A stretch of 35,734 nucleotides of DNA from positions 1 to 35,734 of IMG/VR virus record IMGVR_UViG_3300044228_003777, one strand, 5' to 3'. Below are positions 1 to 9,883 of the stretch, piece by piece; position 1 is the stretch's first letter, and each line of letters opens with the position of its first letter. The notes beneath the pieces were generated by a model. It searched no databases. It worked only from the letters and a program-made list of their open reading frames with translations, and had not been told where the DNA came from. This DNA is from a virus (lineage: Duplodnaviria > Caudoviricetes). A program made the position numbers and the translations under genes.

Positions 1-138
1 ATCTCTAATAAGCTCTCTACGCTCTTTCGCAGCTTTGGCTTCGGACATACCTTGGAAAGCGCCACCAAGAATCTTAAGCATACTGCCCATCCCAGTCGCC
101 CCCAATGTAGATAATAGCATCGTGATAAGTCCAAACAT
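1..138 (-). CDS. Partial ORF running off the window start; hydrophobic N-terminus (membrane protein, possibly holin-like)
   Basis: Not in the ORF track. ATG at 138 reads MFGLITMLLSTLGATGMGSMLKILGGAFQGMSEAKAAKERRELIRD with no stop before base 1. GTGTAA lies 14 nt upstream. Holin is only a guess. Confidence 0.6.
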   Translation of the reverse strand, partial: MFGLITMLLSTLGATGMGSMLKILGGAFQGMSEAKAAKERRELIRD

Positions 139-152
139 CTTATATATTTCAT

Positions 153-158
153 TTACAC
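153..158 (-). promoter_or_regulatory. GTGTAA motif 14 nt upstream of ATG 138
   Basis: One of a recurrent set of start-proximal GTGTAA hexamers. Confidence 0.5.
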
Positions 159-183
159 TATTATAAGATTATTTGGAAATTTT

Positions 184-438
184 TCAACTATCGTTCGTTT
201 TAGGTTCAAATTGGAAGGCGATTCTTCCATATTTGTGGTCTTTGTCGCCCAACCAACCAGAAAACTCGATACAATCTTCTGCGATAATAAAATCCAAAAG
301 TTCAACGAAAAAAGTTTCGTTTTGAAACTCGAGGGAGTAATTCTTGTGGTATTTGTAAGTTAAAGTGCCATACCCAGTAGCTTTTTCTAACTTCCTTGTT
401 CCATCATTTACTCCTACAACTTTTATGTAACCTTTCAT
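184..438 (-). CDS. Hypothetical protein, 84 aa
   Basis: ORF fills the gap between neighbours; GTGTAA 8 nt upstream; no family recognised. Confidence 0.7.
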   Translation of the reverse strand: MKGYIKVVGVNDGTRKLEKATGYGTLTYKYHKNYSLEFQNETFFVELLDFIIAEDCIEFSGWLGDKDHKYGRIAFQFEPKTNDS

Positions 439-446
439 ACATTTAC

Positions 447-452
447 TTACAC
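447..452 (-). promoter_or_regulatory. GTGTAA motif formed by the Val-stop of the upstream gene, 8 nt before ATG 438
   Basis: Minus strand reads GTG TAA gtaaatgt ATG. Confidence 0.55.
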
Positions 453-638
453 ATTAAAAGGCTTATATGCTATAAAATCGGGTTGATTTGGTTTTTGTTT
501 GAATTTGTTGGGGAATACTACTATTTTGTGCTGAACTCCGTCCACTTCTATATACCCCGATAAATATTTACCCTTTGGTGTTTGTTTCTTCCAAAGAGCG
601 CCAGTTTGATTTTTAGTCCATTGAGAATTTTTTTCCAT
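447..638 (-). CDS. Small DUF736-like beta protein (possible ssDNA-binding), 63 aa
   Basis: GALWKK...GKYLSG...NKFK...QPDF pattern. Start moved from TTG 668 to ATG 638 because a sigma70-type promoter occupies 647-675. Confidence 0.55.
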   Translation of the reverse strand: MEKNSQWTKNQTGALWKKQTPKGKYLSGYIEVDGVQHKIVVFPNKFKQKPNQPDFIAYKPFNV

Positions 639-646
639 AAGACCGT

Positions 647-675
647 AATATAAAGTGTTTTTTGACAAAAGTCAA
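647..675 (-). promoter_or_regulatory. Sigma70-type promoter TTGACT-17-TATATT, 8 nt before ATG 638
   Basis: -35 at 675-670, -10 at 652-647. Confidence 0.7.
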
Positions 676-1190
676 GGCAGAAACTCCACTAAATATCTAT
701 TTAGTGAATCTTTTGAGATGATTTTTGCCTTAAATATTCTCTGAACGGCTTTCATGTATGTGGAAAACCTTTCTCTATCTCCAAGAACTGCATAAATTCG
801 CTTGTTGTACTTTTTTTTAACTTTTAATAAAACCGTAAAGAAGCATAATATGATCGGTTTAGATAGAGTGTAATCTGGATCTTTGATTACAAGTTGCAAG
901 TCTAAATGATTTGGCACAAAACCTCCCTCTGTAAAGCACGCAAAACCGCATATTTTGCCAGTTTTTTCGTTTATACTGACATATTTTATGGGACACCTCT
1001 CTATCAGTTTTTTTATTTCGTAAAACAAAAACCTCAAATAAAAATTTTCACTTTGCCCGTGGCTTAAATTGTGGTATTGTTTTATCTGATTTTTCTTTTG
1101 AAATGCGACAAATACAGAGAAAACCTCCTTAAAATCTGTATGTTTGTACTCTCTATATGAGACAGAGTTTAATTTTCTGTATTTTTTCAT
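672..1190 (-). CDS. GNAT-fold-like protein (degenerate acetyltransferase?)
   Basis: YREYKHTDF N-terminus, GKICGFACF strand and LDLQLVIKDPDY resemble GNAT strands, but the R/QxxGxG acetyl-CoA motif is absent. ATG 1190 preferred to 1232, which overlaps gpL. Confidence 0.45.
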   Translation of the reverse strand: MKKYRKLNSVSYREYKHTDFKEVFSVFVAFQKKNQIKQYHNLSHGQSENFYLRFLFYEIKKLIERCPIKYVSINEKTGKICGFACFTEGGFVPNHLDLQLVIKDPDYTLSKPIILCFFTVLLKVKKKYNKRIYAVLGDRERFSTYMKAVQRIFKAKIISKDSLNRYLVEFLP

Positions 1191-1196
1191 CTTTCG

Positions 1197-1202
1197 GTGT
1201 AA
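1197..1202 (+). promoter_or_regulatory. GTGTAA motif 9 nt upstream of gpL ATG
   Basis: Lies in the 21-bp divergent gap 1191-1211. Confidence 0.6.
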
Positions 1203-1211
1203 TATATTGAT

Positions 1212-2264
1212 ATGGGAAAAGGCATAAATCAAGACTTTGTTAAAGCTATTTTTGATGTAGAACCTACAGCAATTATAGAACTATTTACATTATATTACGA
1301 TTATCAGAACGATAGTCAAGCACAAATTCACTTTCATGGAGGAACTAACAATGTAAATAGTAAAATTATTTTTGATGGTCAAGAGTATTTGCCTATAGCT
1401 GTAGAAGCAGAAGGATTTGAAATATTAGGAGATCAAAGATTACCTAGACCTAAAATTAGAGTTTCAAATGCTGGACTTTATGTTTCTTCTTTATTGAGAA
1501 AATACGACAATTTAAACGGAGCTAAAATAGTAAGAAAAAGAACTTTTGCAAAGTTTTTAGATGACGCAAACTTTCCAGGAAATAAAAATCCATTCGGTAC
1601 AGCAAACCCAGACGCAAGAATGCCAGATGATAAATATTTTGTTTCTAGAAAAGTATCTGAAAATAAATTGGCTGTAGAATTAGAGTTGGTATCTAGTTTA
1701 GAGCTTGAAAATATAGAAATTCCAGCGAGAAAAATTTCTTCCAGATATTGCCCTTGGATTTATAGGGGTTATGGATGTAGATATGGTTTTGATAAAAAAA
1801 CAGCTGGAGCAGATAGGGTTGTGGGAACTGTTGAGGACGCCTCTTTTGTTACTGGAGGTGGAACTGCCTTTAATTTAAATACTGGTGTTTTAGGAAACAA
1901 ATATGAATCTAATCAAACTTCCGTTGACGCTTGTCTTTCTGGAGTTGGTTTGTGGAGTGGAGATAGGTCATCTTATCATTTAGGTGAATATGTCTTCACA
2001 TTAAGTCCAAGAGCTATATCTGGACAAGGTTTAACTGCAAATTATTATCAACAACATCCAGTTTACTATATTTGTAAAACAGGTCACACACCTAGTGTTT
2101 CCGAACCACCTCACAAACGACCAGACCTTTGGGCAAAAGACGCTTGTTCTAAAAAATTAGCAGGTTGTAAAATGCGTTTCGCAAATGATGATTTAGGTGG
2201 AGTGAATGCTAATAAATCATTACCATATGGAGGATTTCCAGGAACAGAAAGTTATTCTTACTAA
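1212..2264 (+). CDS. Phage minor tail protein L (lambda gpL-like tail tip protein)
   Basis: IIELF, LPRPKIRVSN, KRTFAKFLDDANF, CPWIYRGYGC, DACSKKLAGC (4 Cys, the Fe-S ligands in lambda gpL) and LPYGGFPG. Confidence 0.93.
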   Translation: MGKGINQDFVKAIFDVEPTAIIELFTLYYDYQNDSQAQIHFHGGTNNVNSKIIFDGQEYLPIAVEAEGFEILGDQRLPRPKIRVSNAGLYVSSLLRKYDNLNGAKIVRKRTFAKFLDDANFPGNKNPFGTANPDARMPDDKYFVSRKVSENKLAVELELVSSLELENIEIPARKISSRYCPWIYRGYGCRYGFDKKTAGADRVVGTVEDASFVTGGGTAFNLNTGVLGNKYESNQTSVDACLSGVGLWSGDRSSYHLGEYVFTLSPRAISGQGLTANYYQQHPVYYICKTGHTPSVSEPPHKRPDLWAKDACSKKLAGCKMRFANDDLGGVNANKSLPYGGFPGTESYSY

Positions 2265-2641
2265 TGAGCAAAATAAAACAATTAATATCCGTAGATTGCG
2301 AAAAAAGCCCCAAAAGAGAGGTTTGTGGTTTCGTTGTGTTTGAAGATGATGAATATAAAATTTTACCAGCAGAAAACAAATCTCCAAATAAAGAAAATGA
2401 ATTTTACATACCGGCAAAAGATTTTTTGTACGTTAAAAATACCAAAAACGTTGTGGCTATTTATCACTCACATGCTCAAGGAAATTCTGAACCCTCCGAG
2501 TTTGATAAGAAAACTTGCGATTTAATTTGTTACCCATTCGTGATTTATTCAATAGAGACAAACACTTTCAACATTTTAAAACCCAAGTACATGGACGCTG
2601 ATCATAGTTTAGTTAAAAAATTAGAGGAGGAAATTTTATGA
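2264..2641 (+). CDS. JAB/MPN metallopeptidase, gpK-like tail assembly protein without an NlpC/P60 domain
   Basis: REVCG glutamate plus HSH-x7-S-x2-D (HSHAQGNSEPSEFD); position between L and I. Confidence 0.9.
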   Translation: MSKIKQLISVDCEKSPKREVCGFVVFEDDEYKILPAENKSPNKENEFYIPAKDFLYVKNTKNVVAIYHSHAQGNSEPSEFDKKTCDLICYPFVIYSIETNTFNILKPKYMDADHSLVKKLEEEIL

Positions 2642-3249
2642 CTGAAATAGTTTTACATGGGTCTTTAAAACACGAATTTAAGGAAGTGTATAACTTTGAA
2701 AATATACACAAAGTAATAGATTGTGTATCTGCCATAGATGCAGTTTCTCCTGGATTTAGAAATTTTTTAATGAGAAACGCCCAAGAAAATTTACATTGTG
2801 AATTTTTAGTCGATAACTGCGAACCAAAAACAAAAAACGAACTATTTATAAATCAACCTATTAAAAGAATAGATATTTGTCCTATGATAACAGGGAATGA
2901 TCCCTTCTTATTAACATTTTTGATAACCTTAACAATGGGATTGATTATGGCAGGTATACAATATCTAATGACTCCTATACCAGAAGAAGAACCAGCGGAA
3001 ATGACAATGGGTTCTGCTAATAAATCTTTTTTATTTGCTTCTAAAGATAATATTACAGCTCAATACAAACCTGTTCCATTGGGTTATGGGTTATTGAGGA
3101 TAGGAACTAAAGTTATACAAAGTACAATTCTTGCTAGAGATTTAAATAAAGTTAATACATCAGCTGATCCAGCGGCTGGTGCTGTAGCAGGAAGCGCTAA
3201 TATAGCTCATGGAGGAACTTTCTCTGGACCGGGATATATAGTTTACTAA
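2638..3249 (+). CDS. Tail assembly protein I-like, copy 1 (ubiquitin-like N-domain, hydrophobic segment)
   Basis: IVLHGSL start, IDICPMITG, hydrophobic helix, SFLF and PVPLGYGLLRIGT motif. Confidence 0.85.
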   Translation: MTEIVLHGSLKHEFKEVYNFENIHKVIDCVSAIDAVSPGFRNFLMRNAQENLHCEFLVDNCEPKTKNELFINQPIKRIDICPMITGNDPFLLTFLITLTMGLIMAGIQYLMTPIPEEEPAEMTMGSANKSFLFASKDNITAQYKPVPLGYGLLRIGTKVIQSTILARDLNKVNTSADPAAGAVAGSANIAHGGTFSGPGYIVY

Positions 3250-3253
3250 CAAT

Positions 3254-3931
3254 ATGAAAACAATAATTAAAATACACGGAAAAGCTGGTAAAAAATTTAC
3301 CAAAAAGCTAGAGTTTTTCAATATTAGAAAAGCTGGCGATGCTATTAAGGCTATAAATACTAGGTATCCTAATTTTTTTAAATATTTAAAAAAAAATGCG
3401 GACGAAGGCATGCATTATGAAATTATAGTTAATGGAGAGAAGGAAGACGGAGTTTTAGAAAAAAAACAAGAAATTAAAACAATCGACATTGTCCCCTGTG
3501 TATTAGGTCATGGCCCGACGCTGTTTTTTATTTTAGCTTTCGCAGTTGGAGCTCTTGCTGTTTTTGGTGGGTTTGGTGCTGCAGTCACAGCATTTCTTTT
3601 TACTTTAGCTGTTGGATTAATCATCGCTGGTATCATGTACTTATTAACGCCAATACCTGAAAACGAACCAAATACGGATATAGCAAGTTCTGTAAAAAAT
3701 TCATCTTTTATATTTAGTAATCCACAAAACATTTCTACACAAGGTAGAGCTATACCTGTTGGTTATGGAAGATTGAGGGTAGGATCTTATGTAGTAGGCA
3801 CAACAATTACAACAGTTGATTTATCGCAAGACAGACAAAATGCCGCTTACGAAAACACAAGAGGAGACGCTTTAGTTAAAATACAAGAATCTTTTGGTTC
3901 ATCAATCAGTAATTATTTTAGAGGCTACTAA
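3254..3931 (+). CDS. Tail assembly protein I-like, copy 2
   Basis: IKIHGKAG start, IDIVPCVLG, two hydrophobic helices, SFIFS and QGRAIPVGYGRLRVGS motif. Confidence 0.88.
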   Translation: MKTIIKIHGKAGKKFTKKLEFFNIRKAGDAIKAINTRYPNFFKYLKKNADEGMHYEIIVNGEKEDGVLEKKQEIKTIDIVPCVLGHGPTLFFILAFAVGALAVFGGFGAAVTAFLFTLAVGLIIAGIMYLLTPIPENEPNTDIASSVKNSSFIFSNPQNISTQGRAIPVGYGRLRVGSYVVGTTITTVDLSQDRQNAAYENTRGDALVKIQESFGSSISNYFRGY

Positions 3932-6900
3932 TGAAGAAAAACTTAAAGAAAAAGTTTTTAAAAAAGCAAAAAAACAGCGTCTTGGGAGCGATGTCAAGAA
4001 GAACTTTTTTGCAAAATAACATTGATAGAATTCAAGATTTTTCTAGTTCTTTATCTCCTACTTTTTCTGCTGATAATTTAACATCTATTTCTGAATTAGA
4101 ATCTGTAGACCTTTTGTGCGAAGGCCCAATTGAAGGGTTTGTAAATAAAAAAGGCGAATTAGATTCAGCGCTTGCTTCCTTAAGATTAGATGATACTCCT
4201 GTAGTCGAAGATTCTGTTACGAAAAAAAGATTTCAAAAACTTGAGTTAGATAATGGTTATAGCGGAATACATATAGATTATGGAGATATAGTCGTTAAAT
4301 TACTTTCTGGGTATAAAAATGAAACGTTGCGTAGATTTCCAAGAAAATATATAGGAGATACAAATAACATTGATATAGTTGGACCTACAGCTGAAACTAT
4401 AGCTACTGTTAATATACCAGATGTTTATGGTTATCCACAGACATATCCGAGTGCTTGGCTGGATGGTGGACAAAGACGTAATTATTTTAAATACGGACAA
4501 TTAGCACCTGGGTTTTTATGGTACTGTTACTCCGTTGAGTTTTCTCTTGGAGATGGTACTTCAAATGCCGTAAGAAATGGTCTTTACCACTATTCATGTT
4601 GGCCATTTGCTAGTTATTATTATAGTGCAACTTATAGGGGAAGTTTACAAGCGTATGGTGATAAACTTGGTGTAGGTGTGCATAGAATTGACACAACAGA
4701 CGAAAACGCTATTTCGTTTCAGGAGCACCCAATTCAACAACCGTTATCTGGAGCAGTGTATGCGCAAGCACAAACACAGACAGGTGGTAACACAGTAGAT
4801 TACAGGGGTGTAACCGAAGAGCTTTCTATAAGTAGATTGATTTATTCTCAAGACACCGTCATAGATTTAGATCAAATATGGCTTGGATCTTCAAATCATC
4901 AACACCAAAGTGGATCTTGTCAAATTAGTAATGGTAGGTATAACTGGGCGTGTTTTCATGGAACTTCTACTATTGCCGCAACGTATCAAAATCAAATTAC
5001 TAGCGGTAGACCAATGAAATACCAAGGTCAATACAGTTACTCTACAGCTATAAACGATAGAGGTAATGTTACCGGAACTACCGTAGGTAGAGCGTTTTCT
5101 CATCTAGTTTTAAATGCCTACAATATGGGAAGGGATTGCCTATACAATCCTGGTATTAATAAACTTGATTACAGATTTGATCAATACTATACTGATGGAA
5201 GCTGTTTTTATAAGTACCAAAACATGGCCAGGGGTTCGAACTACGCCAGATCAGCAATGCAATTTGATGGCGCTTGGAATGCTCGTGGACAAAGAGGACC
5301 AACACCAAGTAAGTATTTTTACAGGCCTAGTAGGAAAGGAATTGTCGGGGAAGGTTTAAGAGAGCCAATTATAGCTCAATTAGATAACTTAATTTCTGGA
5401 TTTTCTACAGGTTACATAAAAGATATTATAAATTGCTCAAACGGATTCAGTGGCGCTAACGAAGGATCAGACGCTACTGGGCAAAGTTGGAAAATGGCTT
5501 CTGGGCGGGGAACAAATAATGCACAATATGGAGCTGTAAATATAGACCTACGAGGATCTCCGCATAACGATGTGAGAGTTACTGTATTGAAAACGGGTGA
5601 TACTACTAATAGAGGTTATGGCCTTGTTTTTCGGGATATGAATAAAACTGGTTTCGGTAATGCCGCTGACACTTTTGCTACTGGTCAAAGATATAGATTA
5701 GATATCACTCTTTCTAATGTAACTGGTCTCTCAACAGATAGCGACAATGTATACAAAACTGGAGTTGTTTTAGGTTGGGGTAAAGGTAGTTTGACTTATT
5801 TTGAAAGTTTGACTCAAGGTAACGGAGTTTTACATAGTGCGGTTGGTAATTGTGTGGTAGATGGAACTTTAGAAGAGGGAGAAGTTATTTTAACAAACGG
5901 AACCAGTAGTATTGATTTCACTTTACCATCAAATGCTAATGCGATGTTTGATGATGGAGCATTTGTAATAGGTGGTAAAAATAATGATTATGATACTTTT
6001 AATAGTGGCTTTACAATAGACGCTATGCATTTGTATCAGGTACAAGAAACCGAACAAACGACACCATCAACCAGGCCAAATTATGCTCACATGATTTTTG
6101 ATGCATCGCAATATTTTGGTGGTAACAATCAAGATGCAGAAATATCTAAAACGGCAAGACTTTCTTTTTCCGTTGGAGATGATGCAAATGATGCCGCATC
6201 AATTATAGATGAATCAGACATACTTCCTTACTTCTTGAGAGAAGTAACTGGATACAAGGTTATAGAAGATAATAATTATAGAAATACATATGTATATCCA
6301 GTAATAGTTAGAGATGATGGAGGGACTGCTTCATCTAATTATACACAGTTTAGACAACCTTATATTATGCCATCAACAAGTGGTATTCAAAAGGGTATGT
6401 ATTTAGAGCCACATTCTGGTAATAAATTTAAAGGAGCATTTGCTTTTCCAATATATTTAGGCACTGGATTGCACGAAGGTTCTGGAAGTTTACCACCTGT
6501 AATCGATACAGATGGATCTTTTGATACTGGTAGATTTATTTTAAAAAGCAGTGTTTCTAGCGCTAATAAAAATGCAGCTATTAATAGTGGTCAAGTTTAC
6601 GGATATGATGTTTTACAATACAATGTAAGTACTAAAGCAATACAATATTTACATATAGCTAATCCAGAATTAAAAGGTCAACCAGGGTTAATTAAAAACA
6701 AAGAAATAGGATTAAGAATAACTGAAACAGAACCGAGTTTGTTTAATTATTCTAAAGTATCAATTCAATCGAGAAAAGGTGAAGAATCTCAAAGTCCAAT
6801 TATGGAAAATGCTTATAGCTCTTTTGAGTATCAAAAAGTTATAAACGGACCATATAATCCAAGGGCTACAAATATGGATAATGCTACTGGAGCACATCCA

Positions 6901-9879
6901 AGTTTTTCTAATCTTGTGTACGGAATAGCAAAAAATTCAGCACAAGAAGGAGATTCTAGTGTTGATAATAGATACAATGACGACCATGAAGATAAAGCAA
7001 GACCTGAAAAAGTAAGTTATACAGAATGGATTAATCCCACACCTTTAGAAGCAGACAGAGATCAGTTGAATCATCGTGTAGGCAGACCAGAGGTTGAGTC
7101 AGTCATAGTGACTTTACTAGTACAATCCTTGTATGAACAACATATTGACTTTAAAAATGTCATACAACCAAAATTAAATCTTGGACCAACAAATTTAAGA
7201 ATTGGTGTGCTGGTAGGTTTCGATGGTTTTTCTGAAGAAATTGGAAGAAGTAGAAGTAATGATGGGATAGAACAAAGTATGAAAACTAGCTCATTGCGGC
7301 ACACTCCTGTAGAAACAGTTATTACTATAAGAGGTGTTGCTAGAGGAGCTTATGCTATGGACACAAATGAAATACCATTACCCTCCCATACAGTATTGCA
7401 AGAATACTTTCCCAATGAATCTTTAAAATCTCTTGAGAAGAGATTTCATAGATTTGTTAAAGTGAGAAAATTGACTTATGAAACAGATTCAACTCTCATT
7501 TCTAGAGAGGTTTCTGTTTATCAAATTATAGAAAAAGTTCCGTGTAATTTTACATACCCAAGTTCAGCTTTAGCAAAAGTAAATCTTGATGCACGACAGT
7601 TTAATACTCCACCAAGAAGAACATTTGATCTTCGTATGAAAAAAATTCAAATACCTTCAAATTACTATCCATTAGATGTTGATGGTAGAGACCGAAGGTT
7701 TATAGACGATGCTTCCAAAATACACGAAGGTGGTAATAGAATGATATATGATGGAGATTGGGATGGAACTTTTAAAATAGGCTGGACTGACAATCCTGTT
7801 TGGATTATTTATGACCTTTTGACTAATCAAGATTATGGAATAGGAAATAGATTAGACGACTTAAGAGATATAGATATATTCCAATTATATAAAATAGGTA
7901 GATATTGTGACGCAGTTGATTCGAATGGTAAATTTGTTGGACTACCTGATGGTTTTGGAGGGTTAGAACCAAGATATTCTTGTAACATATTATTAGAAGA
8001 GGCTTCAAATGGATTTGAGTTAATTAAAGAATTAGCTACGAGTTTCCAAGGAATGGCTTATTATGCAGATGGAAAAATAAGATTTTATTCTGATCAACCC
8101 AGACCTAACGCTGCACATTTTAATAATCAAAATGTATTTGATGGAATATTTAACTACGAAGATACGTCTAAAGTTTCTAGGTTTACTGTAGTAGATGTGC
8201 AATTTTTAGATAAGAGAGATGACTACAAGTTAAAAGTTGAAAGCGTTGAAGATGAGGATGGTTTGAGAAAAAATGGAATCATAAGAAGAAGCGTAAATGC
8301 TAGAGGTGCCACAAGCAGAAGCCAAGCAAGAAGATTGGGTAAATATATATTATATTCAAACAAGCTAGAAAGAGAAATTGTGTCTTTCGAAACATCAAGT
8401 GAGGCTTTAATGTTGACTGTGGGAGATGTGTTTACTGTAAACGATGAACTAAAACAATTTGAACCAGCCTTCACTAGGGTCGCTTCATCCGAAGTCTCTT
8501 CTGCCATAGGAAGCTTTAGGTATTATAAGTTTTTGGGCACGAATAGAGATAATACTCCAACAGAAACACGGCAAGGTATCAGGGAAATACATTTAGTTGA
8601 TAGTGATGGAATTACTTACCCAACAACAGACTTTTCTGACAGTGATCTTGCTGGCGGTGGATCAGATACAACTGGGCCTTATGTACAAGGTGGGCTGACT
8701 GTCACAGCCGGTTATTCACATAGCGAGACATATGGACCACACGAAGCTTTTAAGGGTACTTCCCAGATGTGGTGGACTCTGGGTCTAAACAACGTGGCTG
8801 GTGAAAATGCAGATCTCAATCATCTAACTGTTGATTTCGGATCAGCCAAAACTTTGACTGAAATTCAAGTTGAAGTTGATAAATCAAACCACGACTGTCT
8901 TAAATTAAGAATATTAGCTTCTAACTCTGCTGACTTTAGTAGCTTTGAAGTATTTGGAGAAATAGACTACCAATCAGAAAGTAACATAACTGATTTAAAT
9001 GAACAAAACGTAACAGTCAAAAACGGAAAAATAGTAACAATAGCAGAAGGAGGCACTATTTCTGCAAGTAATCTTCCACCTGCTGAAGGGCAAATTTTTG
9101 TAGAAAAAACCTTTAATACTGGATCGTTTAACAACAATAGAATACATATATATAATGCAACAGGAGCTTCAGGAGTAGATGATTATTTCCATACAAATGT
9201 AACTGGGGGAAAAATTAATGCAACTCTTTTAGATGATTATCAAAGGGTACAAGCTCAAACAGTAGAGGTTACTGGAATATCCGAGGTCAACGACCTTTAC
9301 AGATTAGAAATTCATTCAGACTATAATGTATCGCAAGTGCCTCAAGGATCTTTTGTTGGTTTGGATTTACAGCATACATCTGGACAAACTTTTAAAGTAA
9401 TAGAAATCAAACCGACCGAAAACAATAGATATGCTGTTTTGGGTGGCGAATACAACAGTGGAAAATACGATTTAATTGAAGCTATTGAAACAGGAGAAAA
9501 CAAATCAGTATTTTTTGATAAAATAGAAACGCCTCACAATATAGGAATACCACAACACGAAGTTCAAGAAATATCTGCTCCTCTTGGCTTTGAAACAAGT
9601 GTTACTAGATTGAACGACAATACTTTTGATATAAATTATGCTATAACTGGAGCTTTAAATGGAAACGAAGAAGCTTACGATATTTCTTTAGTTTTCCCCA
9701 ATGGAAGAAGGTTTGCAAAAACAGTAGCTAAAGGAACTGAAGTTGTTGGGTCTTCTATTAGAACTTCTGGATTTTTTAATGGATTATATACTTTTGGAAA
9801 TTATAATATGTTTGTGAAATCTTTTTCTGGAGATTTTGCTTCGTCTGAACTTTTAGATAAAACCAACCAAATAGGATAG
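3931..9879 (+). CDS. Central tail fibre / host specificity protein J-like, copy 1 (1982 aa)
   Basis: DLLCEGPIEG, YDGDWDGTFKIGWTDNPVWIIYDLL, EPRYSCN, GATSRSQARRLGKY, GDVFTVND. Confidence 0.92.
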   Translation: MKKNLKKKFLKKQKNSVLGAMSRRTFLQNNIDRIQDFSSSLSPTFSADNLTSISELESVDLLCEGPIEGFVNKKGELDSALASLRLDDTPVVEDSVTKKRFQKLELDNGYSGIHIDYGDIVVKLLSGYKNETLRRFPRKYIGDTNNIDIVGPTAETIATVNIPDVYGYPQTYPSAWLDGGQRRNYFKYGQLAPGFLWYCYSVEFSLGDGTSNAVRNGLYHYSCWPFASYYYSATYRGSLQAYGDKLGVGVHRIDTTDENAISFQEHPIQQPLSGAVYAQAQTQTGGNTVDYRGVTEELSISRLIYSQDTVIDLDQIWLGSSNHQHQSGSCQISNGRYNWACFHGTSTIAATYQNQITSGRPMKYQGQYSYSTAINDRGNVTGTTVGRAFSHLVLNAYNMGRDCLYNPGINKLDYRFDQYYTDGSCFYKYQNMARGSNYARSAMQFDGAWNARGQRGPTPSKYFYRPSRKGIVGEGLREPIIAQLDNLISGFSTGYIKDIINCSNGFSGANEGSDATGQSWKMASGRGTNNAQYGAVNIDLRGSPHNDVRVTVLKTGDTTNRGYGLVFRDMNKTGFGNAADTFATGQRYRLDITLSNVTGLSTDSDNVYKTGVVLGWGKGSLTYFESLTQGNGVLHSAVGNCVVDGTLEEGEVILTNGTSSIDFTLPSNANAMFDDGAFVIGGKNNDYDTFNSGFTIDAMHLYQVQETEQTTPSTRPNYAHMIFDASQYFGGNNQDAEISKTARLSFSVGDDANDAASIIDESDILPYFLREVTGYKVIEDNNYRNTYVYPVIVRDDGGTASSNYTQFRQPYIMPSTSGIQKGMYLEPHSGNKFKGAFAFPIYLGTGLHEGSGSLPPVIDTDGSFDTGRFILKSSVSSANKNAAINSGQVYGYDVLQYNVSTKAIQYLHIANPELKGQPGLIKNKEIGLRITETEPSLFNYSKVSIQSRKGEESQSPIMENAYSSFEYQKVINGPYNPRATNMDNATGAHPSFSNLVYGIAKNSAQEGDSSVDNRYNDDHEDKARPEKVSYTEWINPTPLEADRDQLNHRVGRPEVESVIVTLLVQSLYEQHIDFKNVIQPKLNLGPTNLRIGVLVGFDGFSEEIGRSRSNDGIEQSMKTSSLRHTPVETVITIRGVARGAYAMDTNEIPLPSHTVLQEYFPNESLKSLEKRFHRFVKVRKLTYETDSTLISREVSVYQIIEKVPCNFTYPSSALAKVNLDARQFNTPPRRTFDLRMKKIQIPSNYYPLDVDGRDRRFIDDASKIHEGGNRMIYDGDWDGTFKIGWTDNPVWIIYDLLTNQDYGIGNRLDDLRDIDIFQLYKIGRYCDAVDSNGKFVGLPDGFGGLEPRYSCNILLEEASNGFELIKELATSFQGMAYYADGKIRFYSDQPRPNAAHFNNQNVFDGIFNYEDTSKVSRFTVVDVQFLDKRDDYKLKVESVEDEDGLRKNGIIRRSVNARGATSRSQARRLGKYILYSNKLEREIVSFETSSEALMLTVGDVFTVNDELKQFEPAFTRVASSEVSSAIGSFRYYKFLGTNRDNTPTETRQGIREIHLVDSDGITYPTTDFSDSDLAGGGSDTTGPYVQGGLTVTAGYSHSETYGPHEAFKGTSQMWWTLGLNNVAGENADLNHLTVDFGSAKTLTEIQVEVDKSNHDCLKLRILASNSADFSSFEVFGEIDYQSESNITDLNEQNVTVKNGKIVTIAEGGTISASNLPPAEGQIFVEKTFNTGSFNNNRIHIYNATGASGVDDYFHTNVTGGKINATLLDDYQRVQAQTVEVTGISEVNDLYRLEIHSDYNVSQVPQGSFVGLDLQHTSGQTFKVIEIKPTENNRYAVLGGEYNSGKYDLIEAIETGENKSVFFDKIETPHNIGIPQHEVQEISAPLGFETSVTRLNDNTFDINYAITGALNGNEEAYDISLVFPNGRRFAKTVAKGTEVVGSSIRTSGFFNGLYTFGNYNMFVKSFSGDFASSELLDKTNQIG

Positions 9880-9883
9880 CAAT

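Noticed and set aside
662-675. TTGAC-aaaa-GTCAA palindrome giving a plus-strand TTGACA
   Set aside because: No -10 box at the proper spacing on +, and the palindrome is not repeated with the same geometry at other promoters; too short to call an operator
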